A DNA stretch of 64,000 nt from Monocercomonoides exilis PA203 (Eukaryota > Protista > Preaxostyla). Below the pieces are notes generated by a model. That model made no database searches and had not been told where the DNA came from. It worked only from the letters and a program-made list of their open reading frames with translations. Positions 1-13,039 of the stretch are shown here, in pieces (the first letter of the stretch is position 1; every line of letters starts with the position of its first letter). A program made the translations under genes and the position numbers. The stretch lies in assembly GCA_001643675.2 (NCBI GenBank), contig LSRY02000048.1, positions 558,001 to 622,000 of the forward strand. The letters run 5' to 3'.

Positions 1-454
1 GATTGTGGTTGATATTGAAAATGGTTATTGTTTGTTTTTTTGATAGCCCAGCTAGCCTTCGTTTCCTCTTTTCGTATTTTTGCGACTGTTTTGCTGTGAA
101 GATTATCTTGTTCCAACAATTAAGTTGCCTTCCATGAATCAAACGGTTGATTTTGACAGATACAGAAATATTAACATTCCATGTGGATTCACGTCTGTAG
201 AGTTTTTCAGATTATCAGATTTCATAAATATTGCTTTGAATAATTCAATGTTTCACCAAAATAATGGAAAGAAATGTGCTTTCACTGATAAAGTTAAATC
301 CAAAAAAATGATCGTTAAAAATTGGTTAGAAACCGCACTTTTTGAATTTAGCACACATTTGATTCACATTTTGTTTGATTTTTGAGCAACAAATAAAACC
401 ATAGAATCATTAAAAATATCTTAACAAAAATATAATGGGTACGGTCAGATCAAA

Positions 455-536
455 AAAGATCGGTTATAATCAAGTTCGGTTATTATCACAAAAAATCGTG
501 CAAAATCGAATGTGATTATAACCGAACTTCACTGTA
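455..536. mobile_element. Right end of a pogo/Tc1-mariner-like element (...TGTGATTATAACCGAACTTCACTG followed by TA)
   Basis: Ends in CACTG|TA at 534-536. Carries repeated subterminal CGGTTAT(A/T)ATCA motifs. Aligns with the right end of the MITE at ~32620-32697 (CACAAAAAAT.GTGCAAAA.CG..TGTGATTATA..CGA). The partner end was not found in the window. Confidence 0.4.
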
Positions 537-1740
537 TAATAATTAAGTGAAAATAAAAATATCATTTTTTCATCCAATTTTCATTCCATCTCACAAATTT
601 TCGCTGGAATGGAATGAAAATCTTAACAATGTTATCATTTCCATTTTTGTGAAGTTCAATAAGAAAAACAAAAATTTGATCAAAGATGAAAATTATTTTT
701 TTTTTGCAAAATAAACAAACTCAACTTTTCTTTAAAGAATTTTACCATTTCTATTTCGTTTAAGTTTTTTAAATGATCGTCACAGTTGAGTGCATTCGTT
801 TCATTTTCCGATGTGAAATAAAAATAAGTTATTAATCAAAATTTTTAAACTTTGGTCTTTGGTTTTTTTGTCTGTCGTTTCATCAAAAATGAATTATCTC
901 AAATTTTCACTTCGATTTTCGTCCATGCAAAATTATGTTTTAATCTGTTTTTCAAGTCAGAAAGAAATCCATGTTCAAATGAAAATTTTCAGATGGATAA
1001 ATTCGTTGTGAATCTCAGATGAAAACATGTGTGACTTTATGACAATCGACAGACAAAATATTTTTTCTGACGGGCTAAGATACAATTTTCACGAATGAAT
1101 CTGAATTATGAAAACATTAATTTTTCAATGCAAATATTAAAAAATTTAATTCTAATAAGCTAAGAATAAAAATACGTTTTTCAACAAATACACCACAAAT
1201 AATTCTAATTCAAAATAAAATAATTCAATTTCGAAAATAATATTTGACAGTATATGGGTGATTTTTTTTGATATCATAAAAAAAGATCAAAAATCGAAAA
1301 AATAAAATTTATAGTGGTATTTATTGATCAAAGAGAAAAATTGATTTTTTGCAAGTATTTAACTTTTAATTCTGTAATATATGTTTGATTTATTGTTATA
1401 TTTAAAAAAAAACATACCTTTTTTCATTAAAAAGAATTTTTTGATCAAGTTTCAAAAAAAATTGAAAAACCAATATTTAAAAGGAAAATAGATATTTCTA
1501 AACTGGAAAAACAAAACATTGAGAAGAAAAAATTTGTAAAGAAGAACAGAAAAGAAGATAAGAAAACAAAATTATGAAACCAATTTATAAATAATAGTTA
1601 TTTCTCTTTTTTCTTTTCGTCTTTGAATAGCTAACAAATTTCCTTTCCTTTTATTCGTTTCAGCAGCTTCATCAAACATAAACAGAAGAATTGGATAATT
1701 TGATTAAGCAGAGCTCAACAGCTGGCTCCTCCTCATCGTT

Positions 1741-1945
1741 TTGAATAAAATTGTTATCCTCAATGGAATTGATGCTGATGCCTGTGGCAGACTCCAACAG
1801 ATCCCATGCGCAACCATCGAGCATGCCCTCAACGGCTTCATTTCCCTCCTCCAAGACGCTTCCCTCACCCTCCTCACATCAACATTTGTTCCTCTTCAAA
1901 CACTCACTTTCAGCGCGGTTGACACCATAATCACAGGAAATGATG
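1741..1945 (+). pseudogene. Fragment of a Cys-rich beta-helix-type surface protein family
   Basis: NKIV..NG.D...CG..QQ.PCAT.E.AL...DASL.LL.S.F.P..TLTF....T.I.GND is homologous to 18410-18610. Similar CG...PC.T modules recur in the 55349+ ORF. The fragment is truncated. Confidence 0.6.
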
Positions 1946-2614
1946 AGCTTTTTCCGATTTAATTAAAATTTCTTCCATTTTCCATATCATTGAAAAATTC
2001 TTGAGCTTTCATCGCTTCTTCAACTGAAGAAAATATCATCACTAATTTTTTCAAAATCCTTAACGCCAGCTCAAAAAAAAAATATTTCTTTGAAATTTCT
2101 TCATCTATTTTCTCTTCTTCATCAAATGAAAATTCGGTTCATGAAAAAAGATTCATTGCTGTCGTATCTTCAAAATACATTTCTTCAACCATAGCAACAA
2201 TCTCTTCAAAAATATCTGTTTCTTTTGTTTCACTGATTCCAACTTGCCTGTTGGCTGTCGAAGCTCTTATCTCATTGAATTGTCCTTCAAATATTGATTT
2301 TCCAATAAATCGCTTTATCTTTGTTTCATCTTCGATGACTCATTAAAGGTCTATCGCGTTGTAAAATCTCTCCAAAACTATCCCTGCAACTGTTTGCTCA
2401 AAAAAATCTTTTTACACCTTGTTCATTCAGCTTCATGATATTCTTTCATCTTCCAAATGAAAAAAAGTCAGATTCGATTTTCTTGTTGAGTTCCATTTAC
2501 TCAGCTTTTCTTTGTCCATCATAATATCTCTTCAATTTTCATAAACTTAAGATGATATTCTGTGATTGAAAAAGCATTCATTTTTTGCGTCCAAATAGCA
2601 ACGATAGATGATGT

Positions 2615-5600
2615 CTAGCACTGAATTCGATAAGAGTTGAATGAAAAAGAAGTGGATGAAGAAAGAGCAGGCGGTGAAAGTGAAAAAAGTGGTTCAGGAA
2701 TAGCAGGAAAAGCAGAAGAAAGAAGTTCAGTTTGGGACTGCAGTGAAGGAGATAAAAATGTTCTGAGAGAAGAAGATTGAAGTTGGATGTTCATAAAAAA
2801 GGATGAATCGACAAGCGAAGAAGTGCAGTTAGAGGGAGGTTGAAGAGAAATATTCTCATTTGAAGCAAAATCATCAGCTGAATCAAAAGGCGCTACCAAA
2901 TTGAGTGAAGGATATTCTTCATCGAATCCGCCGCAGTTGAATTCTGCAAAGCGGAGAAAGATACCAATTTTGAGAATGAAAGCGCATCTCTTCTTCCAGG
3001 CACGTTGTTCTAGCTGAATGTTCTTATCCCTTTCTCCTTCTGAAACATCAGAGGTGATCCTTTCCCTGCTCATTTCCTTCCCTTCCTGTGTGTCACATCC
3101 GCTTCCTCTTTGAACGGCCACCATCCCCTCCACTTCATCCCCCTTCCTCTTCTCAACTCCTCCCTGCTCTGCCTCAGACCACTCTTCAGTGCACTCATCA
3201 GATCCAACCGCGTTCTTGTCTGCCTCGCGTCGACTGCTGCACACACAGGCACCTTCCGCATCTTCCACGCAAATTGCCCGTTTTCCTCGCTTTTGAAACG
3301 CACATAACGGCAGGGCGCATCCAGTTCATCGCTCAAATCTTCCAGGTCAGAATTAGCGAGGTCATTCAGCATGCAGTCCAATTTCAGCTCTCTTGTCAAA
3401 ATTGGCGTTTGGCTTTCTTTCGTCTCTTGTTACTCCTCGCTTGCCACATTATTCTCTTTCTGGTTGGTCGGCGTGCCTGTCTCAAGATGTGGTTATAATA
3501 CTCCTTGGATACTGCTAAACAGATTCTTGTCCTTTTCCTCTATCTTCTTCACCAATTTCTCCATTTTTCTGCGCTCTCGCTCTTCTTTCTCATTCCTCTT
3601 CTTCTGTATTTCCTGTTGTTTCATTAGCCGAAGTAGGTTTTCTGTCTGATCATCAGATTCCAATGAATTAAACGTGATTTTCGCCTCTTCATCATCCACT
3701 TTCCCTTTCTCATTCTGAAACTCATCTTGCATCGCCCTTGTCACTTCTTTGTTCAAATCTTTCATCCCCATCGCACCCAACGTCACCCCTCCTCCTCCTC
3801 CAATTCCTCCTCCTCCAATATCAGGTGACAGCGGAGTTAAAGGTGCGCCAACAGCTCCTCTTCCCATCTCCATCTCTTGGCTGTACGCAATCAACGCTCT
3901 CCCTCCGACTCCTCTTCATCCACCGTCCATTCGCTTCCCTCGTGAAAAGTGTTTTGTCCAAAGGCATCTCTTGCTGAAGAATATTGATTAGGCTGCGGAG
4001 AAGGTAATGCTATTGTGTTCTGTTACTACTATTTTTGCTGGACTTGTGATGAAAGTGGCTCTGTTTTTGACTAGACAGTCGTTTCACGTTTTTTATCATT
4101 TTTTTATTGATTCTTTGGCATTTGCACTCTTTTCTACTTCCGTTTGATTATATTTGCTTTTGAAACAACTGCTTTGGGGTTGTTCATTAAATCCTCCAAA
4201 ATCACTTCTTTTCCTCATCTTTTCCATCATCTTCATCTCCTTCAACTTCTTCCTTGTTTCCATTTTTATTAAAAGAATTATTCCATTCTTTCTCTTCTTT
4301 TCTGTCTTCTTTGCCATCTCCCTCACTTTTTGCAGCATTTTCATAAATTCCTGGTCTTTTTATCGACTAGTCAATCGGCGCAGGAGAAAGCAGCAGGTTT
4401 GCTCTTACCATCAAAAGCACCTCATTCACAACAGAATCTCGTTAAAGCTCAAGCGCCTGGTTATATCTTCGCATCAACCTTTGTTTCTCTCTCTGTTTGT
4501 GTCTCTTCTCTCTTTCCTCTTCTTCATCACTGACTGTGGCGCTGTCGCAAAGGCATTCACTATCTTCATTTTTCTTCGTTTTTTTTTTCAAAGATTCTCT
4601 TCCAATCAATGATAAACTCTCGTTTTCTTCTGTTTTTAATTTATTTTCATTTTGATCATCATTGTTATCTCTATTTTTTGTAGATTTTGATTCCTTCCTC
4701 ATCTTAATCAGTTCTCTAATTATTCTCTCCTCTCTTCTCTCGTTCCTTGCTTCTCTCTTTCTTTCCTTCGCTCTCTCTCTTTCTCTCTTTCTCTTCTCCA
4801 GATTCTCCGCATACCGCTCCACCATCCGAAACTCTGCAAACAGCGGCAGCGCCTCAAATACATCGGGAGGGAGAACAAAATATTGTCTTTTCCTTCTTCT
4901 TCCGAACTGCAATCTCATCATCCTCGTCTGCTGCTCTTCGCTTGTCAGAAATCTGTTTCAAGAAGAGCGAAGCAATGAGGAAGAAGAAGAGGAGGAGGAA
5001 GAAGAGGAGGAAGAAGAAGAACGTGAAGCGCCAGAAGCAGCAGCCACTTGTGCACAGCGGTTGAGAAAGCGTCGGCGGAGGAGAGGATGCATTGCTCTTA
5101 TGCGGCGAGCCATAGCAATTTCAGAACGATGAGGTGGTTTTGGATGGAGAGAGAGGTCGGTTACTGCTGGAGAAGATGAGGAAGAGGAAGATGAAGAGGA
5201 GGAAGATAAAGATGAAGGAGAGGGTGAAGGAGATGATTGAGGAAGAGAAAGAAAAGATTCATTGGGCAATGAAGAAGGAGATGTACCTGTTCCTGTGCCA
5301 ACACCAGCAATTGAATGTGTCAAAAAGGTTTATGTTGAATTTTGATTGCTTTTTCTCAGTCTTTGTCTTTGAGGCACATAAGACGAATTCTGAAGAGTTG
5401 CTTCTTGTGGTGGAAGGATCACAGGAAGCGGCAGACGCGGCGCATGTTTTCTTTTGAAGTCTCCGATGTTTTCGTCAATTTCTGCTTTTTCAGCTCTTTC
5501 TTGTGAAGAATTCAGTTCTGACTGTTCGGATGAAGAGGAAGATGAAGATGAGTCGTTATTTTCCTTTCTTTCTTTTGGAATTAGTCTACTGCTGTTTTCG

Positions 5601-7430
5601 ATGATGATGTTGAAGAATCAAAAGAAGAAGAAGAAGAAGTTGAGATAAAACAACATCTTCTTATTCATTTCCTTCTTCACCATTTTCACCATCTTCTTTT
5701 TCATAACCGCTTCCTTCTGTTCTATCTTCATATTACGTTGTACGCTCAAATGAATCAAAAAAAGATAGTTCTGATTCAAATTATGCATCCAAAAGTCTTT
5801 TAGTGTCGAAATCCATTCCAATGAGCGAGAAAGAACAATAAAAAAAGAGAAGGAGAAGAAGATAAAGCAGAAATAGAGATAGAAATAGAAGAAGAAAATG
5901 ATGTTTTATCTGCATTGCTCCGCAGATATCTCTTTGTCTTCATCTTCAGTCTTTTCAATTTCTCTTCCTTCTTTCTCACTTTTTCTCTCTCCTTCTCTCT
6001 CTCATTCTCTAACATTATCTTTCATTATACAACCGCCAAGTTATTAATGAATGTCTCATTTGTGAACAATAATTTCTTCAACTCATCATCCGACGCTGCT
6101 GAAAGTAATAGAAGAAAAATGTTGCAAAAGACTCCATTTTACTGTTTGTTATATTTTTGTTTAAAAATTCCTGCACTTGAAATGCCCAGCAGCAGTGGTG
6201 CAAAATTTGGAGAGAGGAAGGAAGAAACAACTTTTTTGATTGGGAAACGGGTTATAGACGTTAAAGAAATTGAATACGATGTGCAGAATTGAGTGATCTG
6301 TCCATTGATATCCCTTCGGCAGGAGGAGTACATCAAAGAAGAAGAAGAACGTTGTGATGAACTTGAAGACATAGATGATCTGCAAGAATTCACATATTGA
6401 TGGCTCGTGGCAGCTCTATTTGTGCTTGTGATGTTACACAAAAAAGATATTTTATCTGTTGAGGATATTTGAGGAAAGAGAGCATTTGGTGGAAGCTGAA
6501 ATTATTTTTTGAGGCAAAGTGAGAAAGAAGAGAGGAGGAGAAGGAGATCTGTGGTGTTTGAACGGAGTGTTATTCACAGAAGATATGGAGTGACAGTTAA
6601 AAGAGGAGAACTTTTATTTGAAAGAGGAGATAATTCCTGCATTTTGCGACGCGCACGTGACTTACTCGAACAAGGAAACTACAAAGCTGTTTGTGGATAA
6701 CTGATTTGAGAAGGAAGAAGAAGAAGAAGAAGTTGACGAAGAAGAGAAGAAATGTTTAGTGGTCTGTGAGAAGAGGAAGTCTCGTTTCATGTGGAATGAA
6801 CAGTCAGCCGCAACACAATGACAATAGTAGAAGCCAAATGAACAGAAGAGGGTTCCCGGTTCAGTCTTTTTCATCAGCTCTGACTCCAATGATGATAGAA
6901 ATGATGTGAAGCGACTGTGGAAGAGACGCGTCGCCCAATCAAAGAAAAAGAAGCTGTATAAAAAACATGAAAAGAGGTTGTTCATATGTTTACGTATCAA
7001 TTAATAGAAAAAAATTAAAATAAGAGTTTGAAAAAGTTTAAAATAGAAAAACAAGAAATATGATAAAAACAATAATAACAATAAGATAAAAATATGACAA
7101 ACATTATCAAGTCAGGAATAGCACCTTCATCGTATCTTGTACAGAGCTTATTAGCAATTGTTTGAATGAGTCCAATCTGACTGGAAAGATTGAATGAATC
7201 GGTGATTTTTATGTAGAGGGGGCCCAAACAAAAAATTCGATGAAGATTGGAAATAAACACATCATATAATGACCGATTCGGCCAAATCACAAGAAAAAGA
7301 TGAAGTTCATAATAAATGATGGAAAAAAGTTCAGAAAATTTCAAAAATTGAAAAAAAATATATTTAAAAATAAATACACAATAATTCTTTGTAATAATTA
7401 AAAGAAAAATTCAACTCACACCATATCATT
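2615..7430 (-). pseudogene. Large degenerate low-complexity (Ser/Glu/Lys-rich) gene of unknown function
   Basis: Chain of minus-strand ORF pieces (7015-7344, 6662-7000, 4958-5323, 4442-4921, 3493-3894, 3070-3399) with coding-like composition. In-frame stops separate co-frame pieces, e.g. two TAA between 3493-3894 and 3070-3399. Boundaries are approximate. Confidence 0.4.
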
Positions 7431-7739
7431 TCAATTCTTCGTTATTGCCGAAGTCGATATGAATGGAATTCTTTTCTTTTCAAAAACCAAGCTCAAAAAT
7501 TTTGCACCCTTCTTCTTCTTTTCTGCTTTCCTGACCTCCCTCTTCTTCGAGAAATTCGGCAATATTGACCTGAAAAACACAAAATTTACCTGAAAGATAG
7601 CAGCATTCACTCACTGAACTCGCAATGCTTGCTGCTCTGCGCTCGCTCAACTTCGACTCTTCTCCAAACTCCTCCTATGATGTAAATTATGTCTTTTTTT
7701 CGATCGCAATCCTCTTTGGCCGTATGATATTCTTTTTTG

Positions 7740-8880
7740 TCAGCGTTTCTGCCCCATTCGACACAAACAGCGAAAAATCCAACGCAGACAAATTGATCCC
7801 ACTGATGTTTCCATTTCCCCCTCTTCCTCTGCTGCTTCTTTCACATTCATCAGTAACTGGTCTGCGTGTTGTGACTCAAATATAACCTCACGAAGCTTAC
7901 ACATTCTCTTCTGTTGTATCCTCCCAGGCTGCGCGGATAACAGTGCAGGTTTAAGAACTTTGCAAGGGGGTCCGCACCTAAAATGAGCAGGTCGTTCGTC
8001 GCCCACTTCTCATCGACAGTGAGTCTGCCGTCATAAACAATCCAGTTCTCGTTTAGCACATAGAAGAGGTTCGTGTCCACGTACCGCACCGCACACAAAA
8101 TATACAGCGCGCACTCGCTGTTCACCTGAAGTATCCTCGTCGGCTTCTCCTGTCACAGCCCACAGAACAAGTTCATAGCGTGCTGTGGATCGGACGAAGG
8201 GTGTGGGGCAAGCACAAGAGAAGAGATATCTCTGTTAACATGCTGAGTATTCTTCGCAAACTGTGTTTATGGAAGATGTTGACCTTTACCTCTTCGTCAT
8301 CTGCCTCGTCCCGCTTGTCAAACATCCTTTAAACCACAGACACTCTTGACGCGCCTTCCTCTCCTCCTTTCCTCAGGACTCTTATTCCTTGTTCCTCATT
8401 CTTCTTCTCCTTCAGGAGCGATTGCAGATGGCAGATCTTGTCCAAGTTTCTGTTCTTTGTTTCCTCAAATCGCATCAACTTCAGCTGAATACGATTTGTG
8501 ACTGGAATTAATGATATATCCTTTTTCTCCTCATTCCATTTAGTCTCCTCAGCCAGCTGTGCCGTTGTGAATTTTTTCTGTTTTTTTTTTTTTTTCTCTG
8601 TCCTTTTTTTCATTCTCTATCTCTTTTTCTGTTGCTCCTTCCACTTCCTCATCTTCCCAAATCTGTTCCATTGCCTTCCTCCTGCTCCTCTTCTTTCCTC
8701 TCTTCAGGGACCTCAGAGCATGAATCTCTGGAAGAATCTGTTTCAAACATAATATCAAATTCACGAGTTCCGATGAACTGCTGTTCGATGATCTCGTGTC
8801 TTTGGTTTTGATCAATTCAAACAGCTCCATCTTCCGCTCATCTCCTGTTGAGAAGATAAAAAATCTCTTATGCAACAAAT
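7740..8880 (-). pseudogene. Degenerate gene X, unknown function, pointing away from element 1
   Basis: Fragmented ORFs 8549-8878, 8329-8613, 7850-8125 and 7740-8006. The segment YDGRLTVDEKWATNDLLILG...KFLN resembles YDRRLNPKRKASKEILLEG...CFLQ at 25890-26234. Confidence 0.35.
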
Positions 8881-9114
8881 GAAACTAATTCAAAAAAGAC
8901 ATTATTACAGCCATGACGAAAATTGCTAGGAAAAATTAAAAAATAAAAAATCGAAAGGAAAAAGAAGAATACGAAGATAATACTTGCAAAGGTTATTGCC
9001 AATTCAATTGTATAACTTTCATATCAAAGCACAAAGGTAGTATTCATCAACTGAACGAAATATTTGTAAATTGATTTATCTTATATTATTTCAAAAAATT
9101 TTATTAATTGAAAA

Positions 9115-9246
9115 GATCATGGCAATTCAGCCATTTCATTTTTGTGCTTAAAACATCATTATATTAAACTATCAGCTCATTAAGCATAGAATATGCGACT
9201 TTCAATGTTGACCAAAATGCACAAATAATTTGGTTTTTTTAAGATC
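9115..9246 (+). repeat. Terminal inverted repeat cassette A (GATC...GATC, 132 bp)
   Basis: GATCATGGCAATT...GACTTTCAATGTTGACCAAAATGCACAAATAATTTGG...GATC. The inner half is near-identical to the reverse complement of 24799-24850. Confidence 0.85.
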
Positions 9247-9458
9247 ATTAATTTTGAATATTCTATTTAATTTTATTTTTTTTTTTGTTTTTTTTTTATT
9301 TATTTTTAATTATTTAATAATTAACTTTTTGTTATTTTTATCGAATGATTCAAATGAATTTCTTTTTTTCTATTTTTTTTTTTTTTTATTAATTTTTGTT
9401 ACAAAAACTGAAGTGAGAAAAAACAAGCATTAGCAATAAATTTGAAGTGTGAAATATG

Positions 9459-12400
9459 TCACATGACTTTTTTATAAAAAGAAAGAGAAGGTTTCCAATT
9501 TTCTTGTGACATAAAAATCCAGTAATCCTCCCATTTGTCTGGAATTATTTCTGACACGCTATTATCATTGCACTCTAAAAAAATTGAAGAATATGACGGT
9601 CTATTCACATCTTTTTTCACAATAGCGATAAAATGACCTTGTTCGTATATTGCAGTTGAGTGAATAATGCAACCAACAAAATCATAAACGACGGATCGCT
9701 CAATGCCATTCAAAATCAAGTCTCTTTCTTCCTTTAATTCAAATGGGTTTTTGATGTCTAACTCATTCGGTCCCTGTCCCTTTTCAATAAACACAATAGA
9801 TTTCGGAGGTGCGAGAACCCGAAAAGTTTCATTGACATTGTGATTAATCGTGAGAATTTCCGGGAATGAAACAAAGCGAACGAATGGAATGCAAGGTTGG
9901 TCAGTTTCACACATATTACACATTCGATTTCGTTGTTCTGTGATAAGATTAACGTTTGTAAGTGATTTTAACAAGCCTCTGATTATGTCAGATCCATTTA
10001 TAGTGAAATAATACCTTGTTTCACGATTCGAAACTAAGAAATTTTCACAATGAGTGCATTTACGAACGTTTTTGCTGTAGATTGAAAACATATGATAGAT
10101 TTTATTCTTTTTATCCGACAACATATCCAACATTTTATCAAAAACATCAGTCAGTTTTTGTGCCACATTTCTTGGTCCAATTTTCAATTCGTAAAAGTTC
10201 CATATAACTGTTCCATTCCAAACTTTGCTGTTCTTTTTTGACTTCCGGAGCATTTCGAATAATTGTATGAACTCTGCTTGTTCATCCTTCATCATTGCAA
10301 CTTGATTTCTGTTTATGTCAAGTGCAGCGAAACATTGACAAATAGAAGACAACGAACAGACACTCCCTGTATTCACAAGCCCTCTTTTCGACTCTAATTG
10401 TTGAAGCACACATAAGCGTGATTTCGCTTCGATTTCTTCATCCCGTTTGAGTGCATTTGAAAACGGTTTTAGTAGTTCATTTGAATCTTTCTTTCTTTTA
10501 TCCATATTTTCTTCAGCTTCAAATTGATAACTATTAAGGTAATAAACTATTCTATCAATTGAAGAAGATGATAGAGTTTTTTTTTCATTTGAAGCAGATG
10601 GTGGTTGTGAGTCAGATGATTGTTCTGTAGCAAATGATAGATAATTTTGCAGAGAGGATAAAGAAAGGTTATGATATGTGTCAGATATTGTGTTTTTCTC
10701 ATTCAAAAACATCTGTGATGATAGTGGCAAGTTCTCTGAAGGTGACGAAGAATTTGAATCAAGAGGTGAAGATGCTGAAAATGATGCAGAAGTCGTGGAA
10801 GAAGAATCTTCAAAAAGCGATTCTTGAATTGCTGGTTGAGAGGTTTTTGTGGATTCTTCATTTTGAAATGGAGGCTGAATCGTATATTCTGATGAATTGC
10901 ATGAACTATTTGTAGTTGTAGAAAATGAAGAGGAAGAAGAGGAAGAAGAGGAGATGAACGAGGAAGCAGATGAGGCTGAAGAGTTAGAAAAAGAGGAGGA
11001 GGAAGAGGAATAGGAAGATGATGACAACAGAGGCAAAGGAGGAAGTGCAGAAGTTGATGATGCTTGGATAGAAGATGAAGTTGAAACAGCTTCTGCAGCC
11101 GGAGGTGAGAAAGGAGACAGAAAAAAAGGCTGAGCTGAAGTTGTTGTTGCTGAGGAAGCCGATGCTAAAGGAGATGATGAGGAAATCGATGAAGATGAAT
11201 TGGTCTCATTTTTCAATGGAGAAGTGTTCGCAGGAGAAAAATGTGATTCATTTGAAAGATCTATTTTGGAGTTAATATTGCTTCCGTTATGTGGAGGAAA
11301 TGAGTGATAAGCAGAAGCAGATAAAGAAGAGGAGGGGATTAGAGTTGTTCCTAGAAAAGAGGGAGATGAAGTTGATGAAGGGGATTGGAGGGATGCGGGA
11401 GTTGGAGAGGAGGCTGTGGGAGAAGAGACATTGGAGACGGAAACCATTCGTGAAGTTGTGAGGTTAGTGAAGGGGTTGGGTGAGGAAAAAGAAGAAGAAG
11501 ATAGAGGAGGAGGAGGAGGGCTTGTTGGAGAAATGTCAAGTGGACATATTTCGAAAGAGGAGGAATGCAATGAAGAAGATAACAATGGCTGAGAATGATT
11601 CGAAGCCGAAGAGTTATTCGTTTTTGCAATTGATGTTAATTTCAACATCATCGATTGATCAGTTTTAATTTTTAATTTTGGCGTTGTGGGATTAAGAGAT
11701 GAAGAACTTGATGCTGATGAAGTTGATGGGATGATTAACGGATAACCCGGTGGAGATGCAGCTGATGAAACCGGAACAGAAAAGGAAGGAGATGAGATAT
11801 TTTTTGTTGAAAGATTATTGAACAAATTGGTGGGTTTTGTCTCTGTTTGAGAGGACTCATGAAAAAGCGATGATGTTGATGGCAAAGGAAGAGAAGCACT
11901 TGATGAAGAACGCGCTAAAGAGGAAGAAGTGTTCATTGAAGAAATAGGAGCGAAGGAGGATAAATGAAATATGTTGAAAGGAGAGTCAGGTGAAATAGAA
12001 GGTGGAGATGAGAAAGGAGAAGGAAATGAAGACAATGATGAAGAGTACGATTGTGCATGAAGAGGGAGAAATGAAGATGCTCCTTTTCCACTATCTTCTT
12101 CGTCATATCTCTTACTCGACGACATCTCACTTTCATCATCTGAACTTAGCAAAAATTCCTCTCTAATATTGTTATTTATTTCCCTTCTTCTGCATGAATT
12201 TTCCTTCGTTAGCAGCTTTCTTTTTCTGTGTTGTATCCAATCAGCATTATCATATGAGGAAACTTCAATATTGTATCCGAATTCGTTGCGAAGTTCCTTT
12301 TGAGAGTAATTTTGAGTCAGAGCTAGAATCATCATATTCTTGATGGGAGTTGAAGCATCATTAAATGCAAATCTCAATTCTTTAACAAGACATGTGAGAG

Positions 12401-12762
12401 GTGCTGTATTGATTCATTTCAACAGACAGATATCGAAAGAAAAAAAATCAGAAAAACAAAAAGACGAAACAGAAAAGAAAAAACAAGGAAAAATTAATAT
12501 GATCGAAGAAATTAAACAAAAAAAATATTAAAAAAAAAGACATGCAGTTTGGCGATTTCATGGACTCAAGATAAAGTGATTTTCCTAAATCGTTTTCGTT
12601 CACAAAATTTGTGAACACAACAAATGCTCTTTCATATGGCATATTTTGCAACAACTCTTCCATGCGATCAACATCTGTTTTGATAGATTTCCGGCTCATT
12701 CCACGATGCTTTCTTCCAGAATTGAACATCAAAAAACAACTTTTCGACAATTTATTCTGCAT
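9459..12762 (-). CDS. Transposon-derived ubiquitin-specific protease (USP/peptidase C19) with N-terminal transposase-like helical domain and Ser-rich linker; 2 exons (~12762-12546, 12403-9459)
   Basis: Cys box GLVNTGSVCSLSSICQCF, finger CTHC...CNMC, FPEILTI, His box IIH...GHFIAIVK and CND, ending SLSFYKKVM*. The N-terminal ILALTQNYSQKELRNEFGYNI matches LQALTRNASLSELLEYGFDI of the element-2 gene. The start codon is uncertain (12762, 12732 or 12702). Confidence 0.8.
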
Positions 12763-12907
12763 ATATTAAATGTTGATAAAAGATTGTTAAAAATAGTGAA
12801 AATGCAAAATTCTGAAATAATATATAACGAATTCAGTGCCGTTCCAAACCCCTTACACTCGGGTGAATGGAAAATGAAAACAAGAAAATAGTATTTTTGT
12901 GCTGTTT

Positions 12908-13039
12908 GATCTTTATTATATAAATAACTTGTGCATTTTGCTCGATTCAAAAAAACATATTTTTCTTATTCTAATTTGTATTTTTTATCAAGTTGTGTTG
13001 AACTTTACAAAAACAATTCATGCCCTAATTGCCATGATC
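12908..13039 (-). repeat. Terminal inverted repeat cassette B (132 bp)
   Basis: GATCTTTATTATATAAATAACTTGTGCATTTTGCTC...GCCCTAATTGCCATGATC aligns with cassette D (24799-24931) and is inverted relative to cassette A. Confidence 0.75.

Larger units (their letters stand above)
9115..13039 (-). mobile_element. Element 1: non-autonomous TIR element (3.9 kb) related to the Sola-like element 2, carrying a USP-only gene
   Basis: The left end GATCATGGCAATT (9115) and right end AATTGCCATGATC (13039) are exact inverted copies. The 132-bp terminal cassettes align with those of element 2. The internal gene is homologous to the element-2 gene. Confidence 0.8.

Noticed and set aside
3399-3495. In-frame TAA codons suggesting a TAR=Gln genetic code, as in some oxymonads
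   Set aside because: Multi-kb ORFs rich in CAA/CAG contain no TAR, intact genes end in TAA (23719, 38106), and the decayed regions also contain TGA stops and frameshifts. Pseudogene decay is the simpler explanation.
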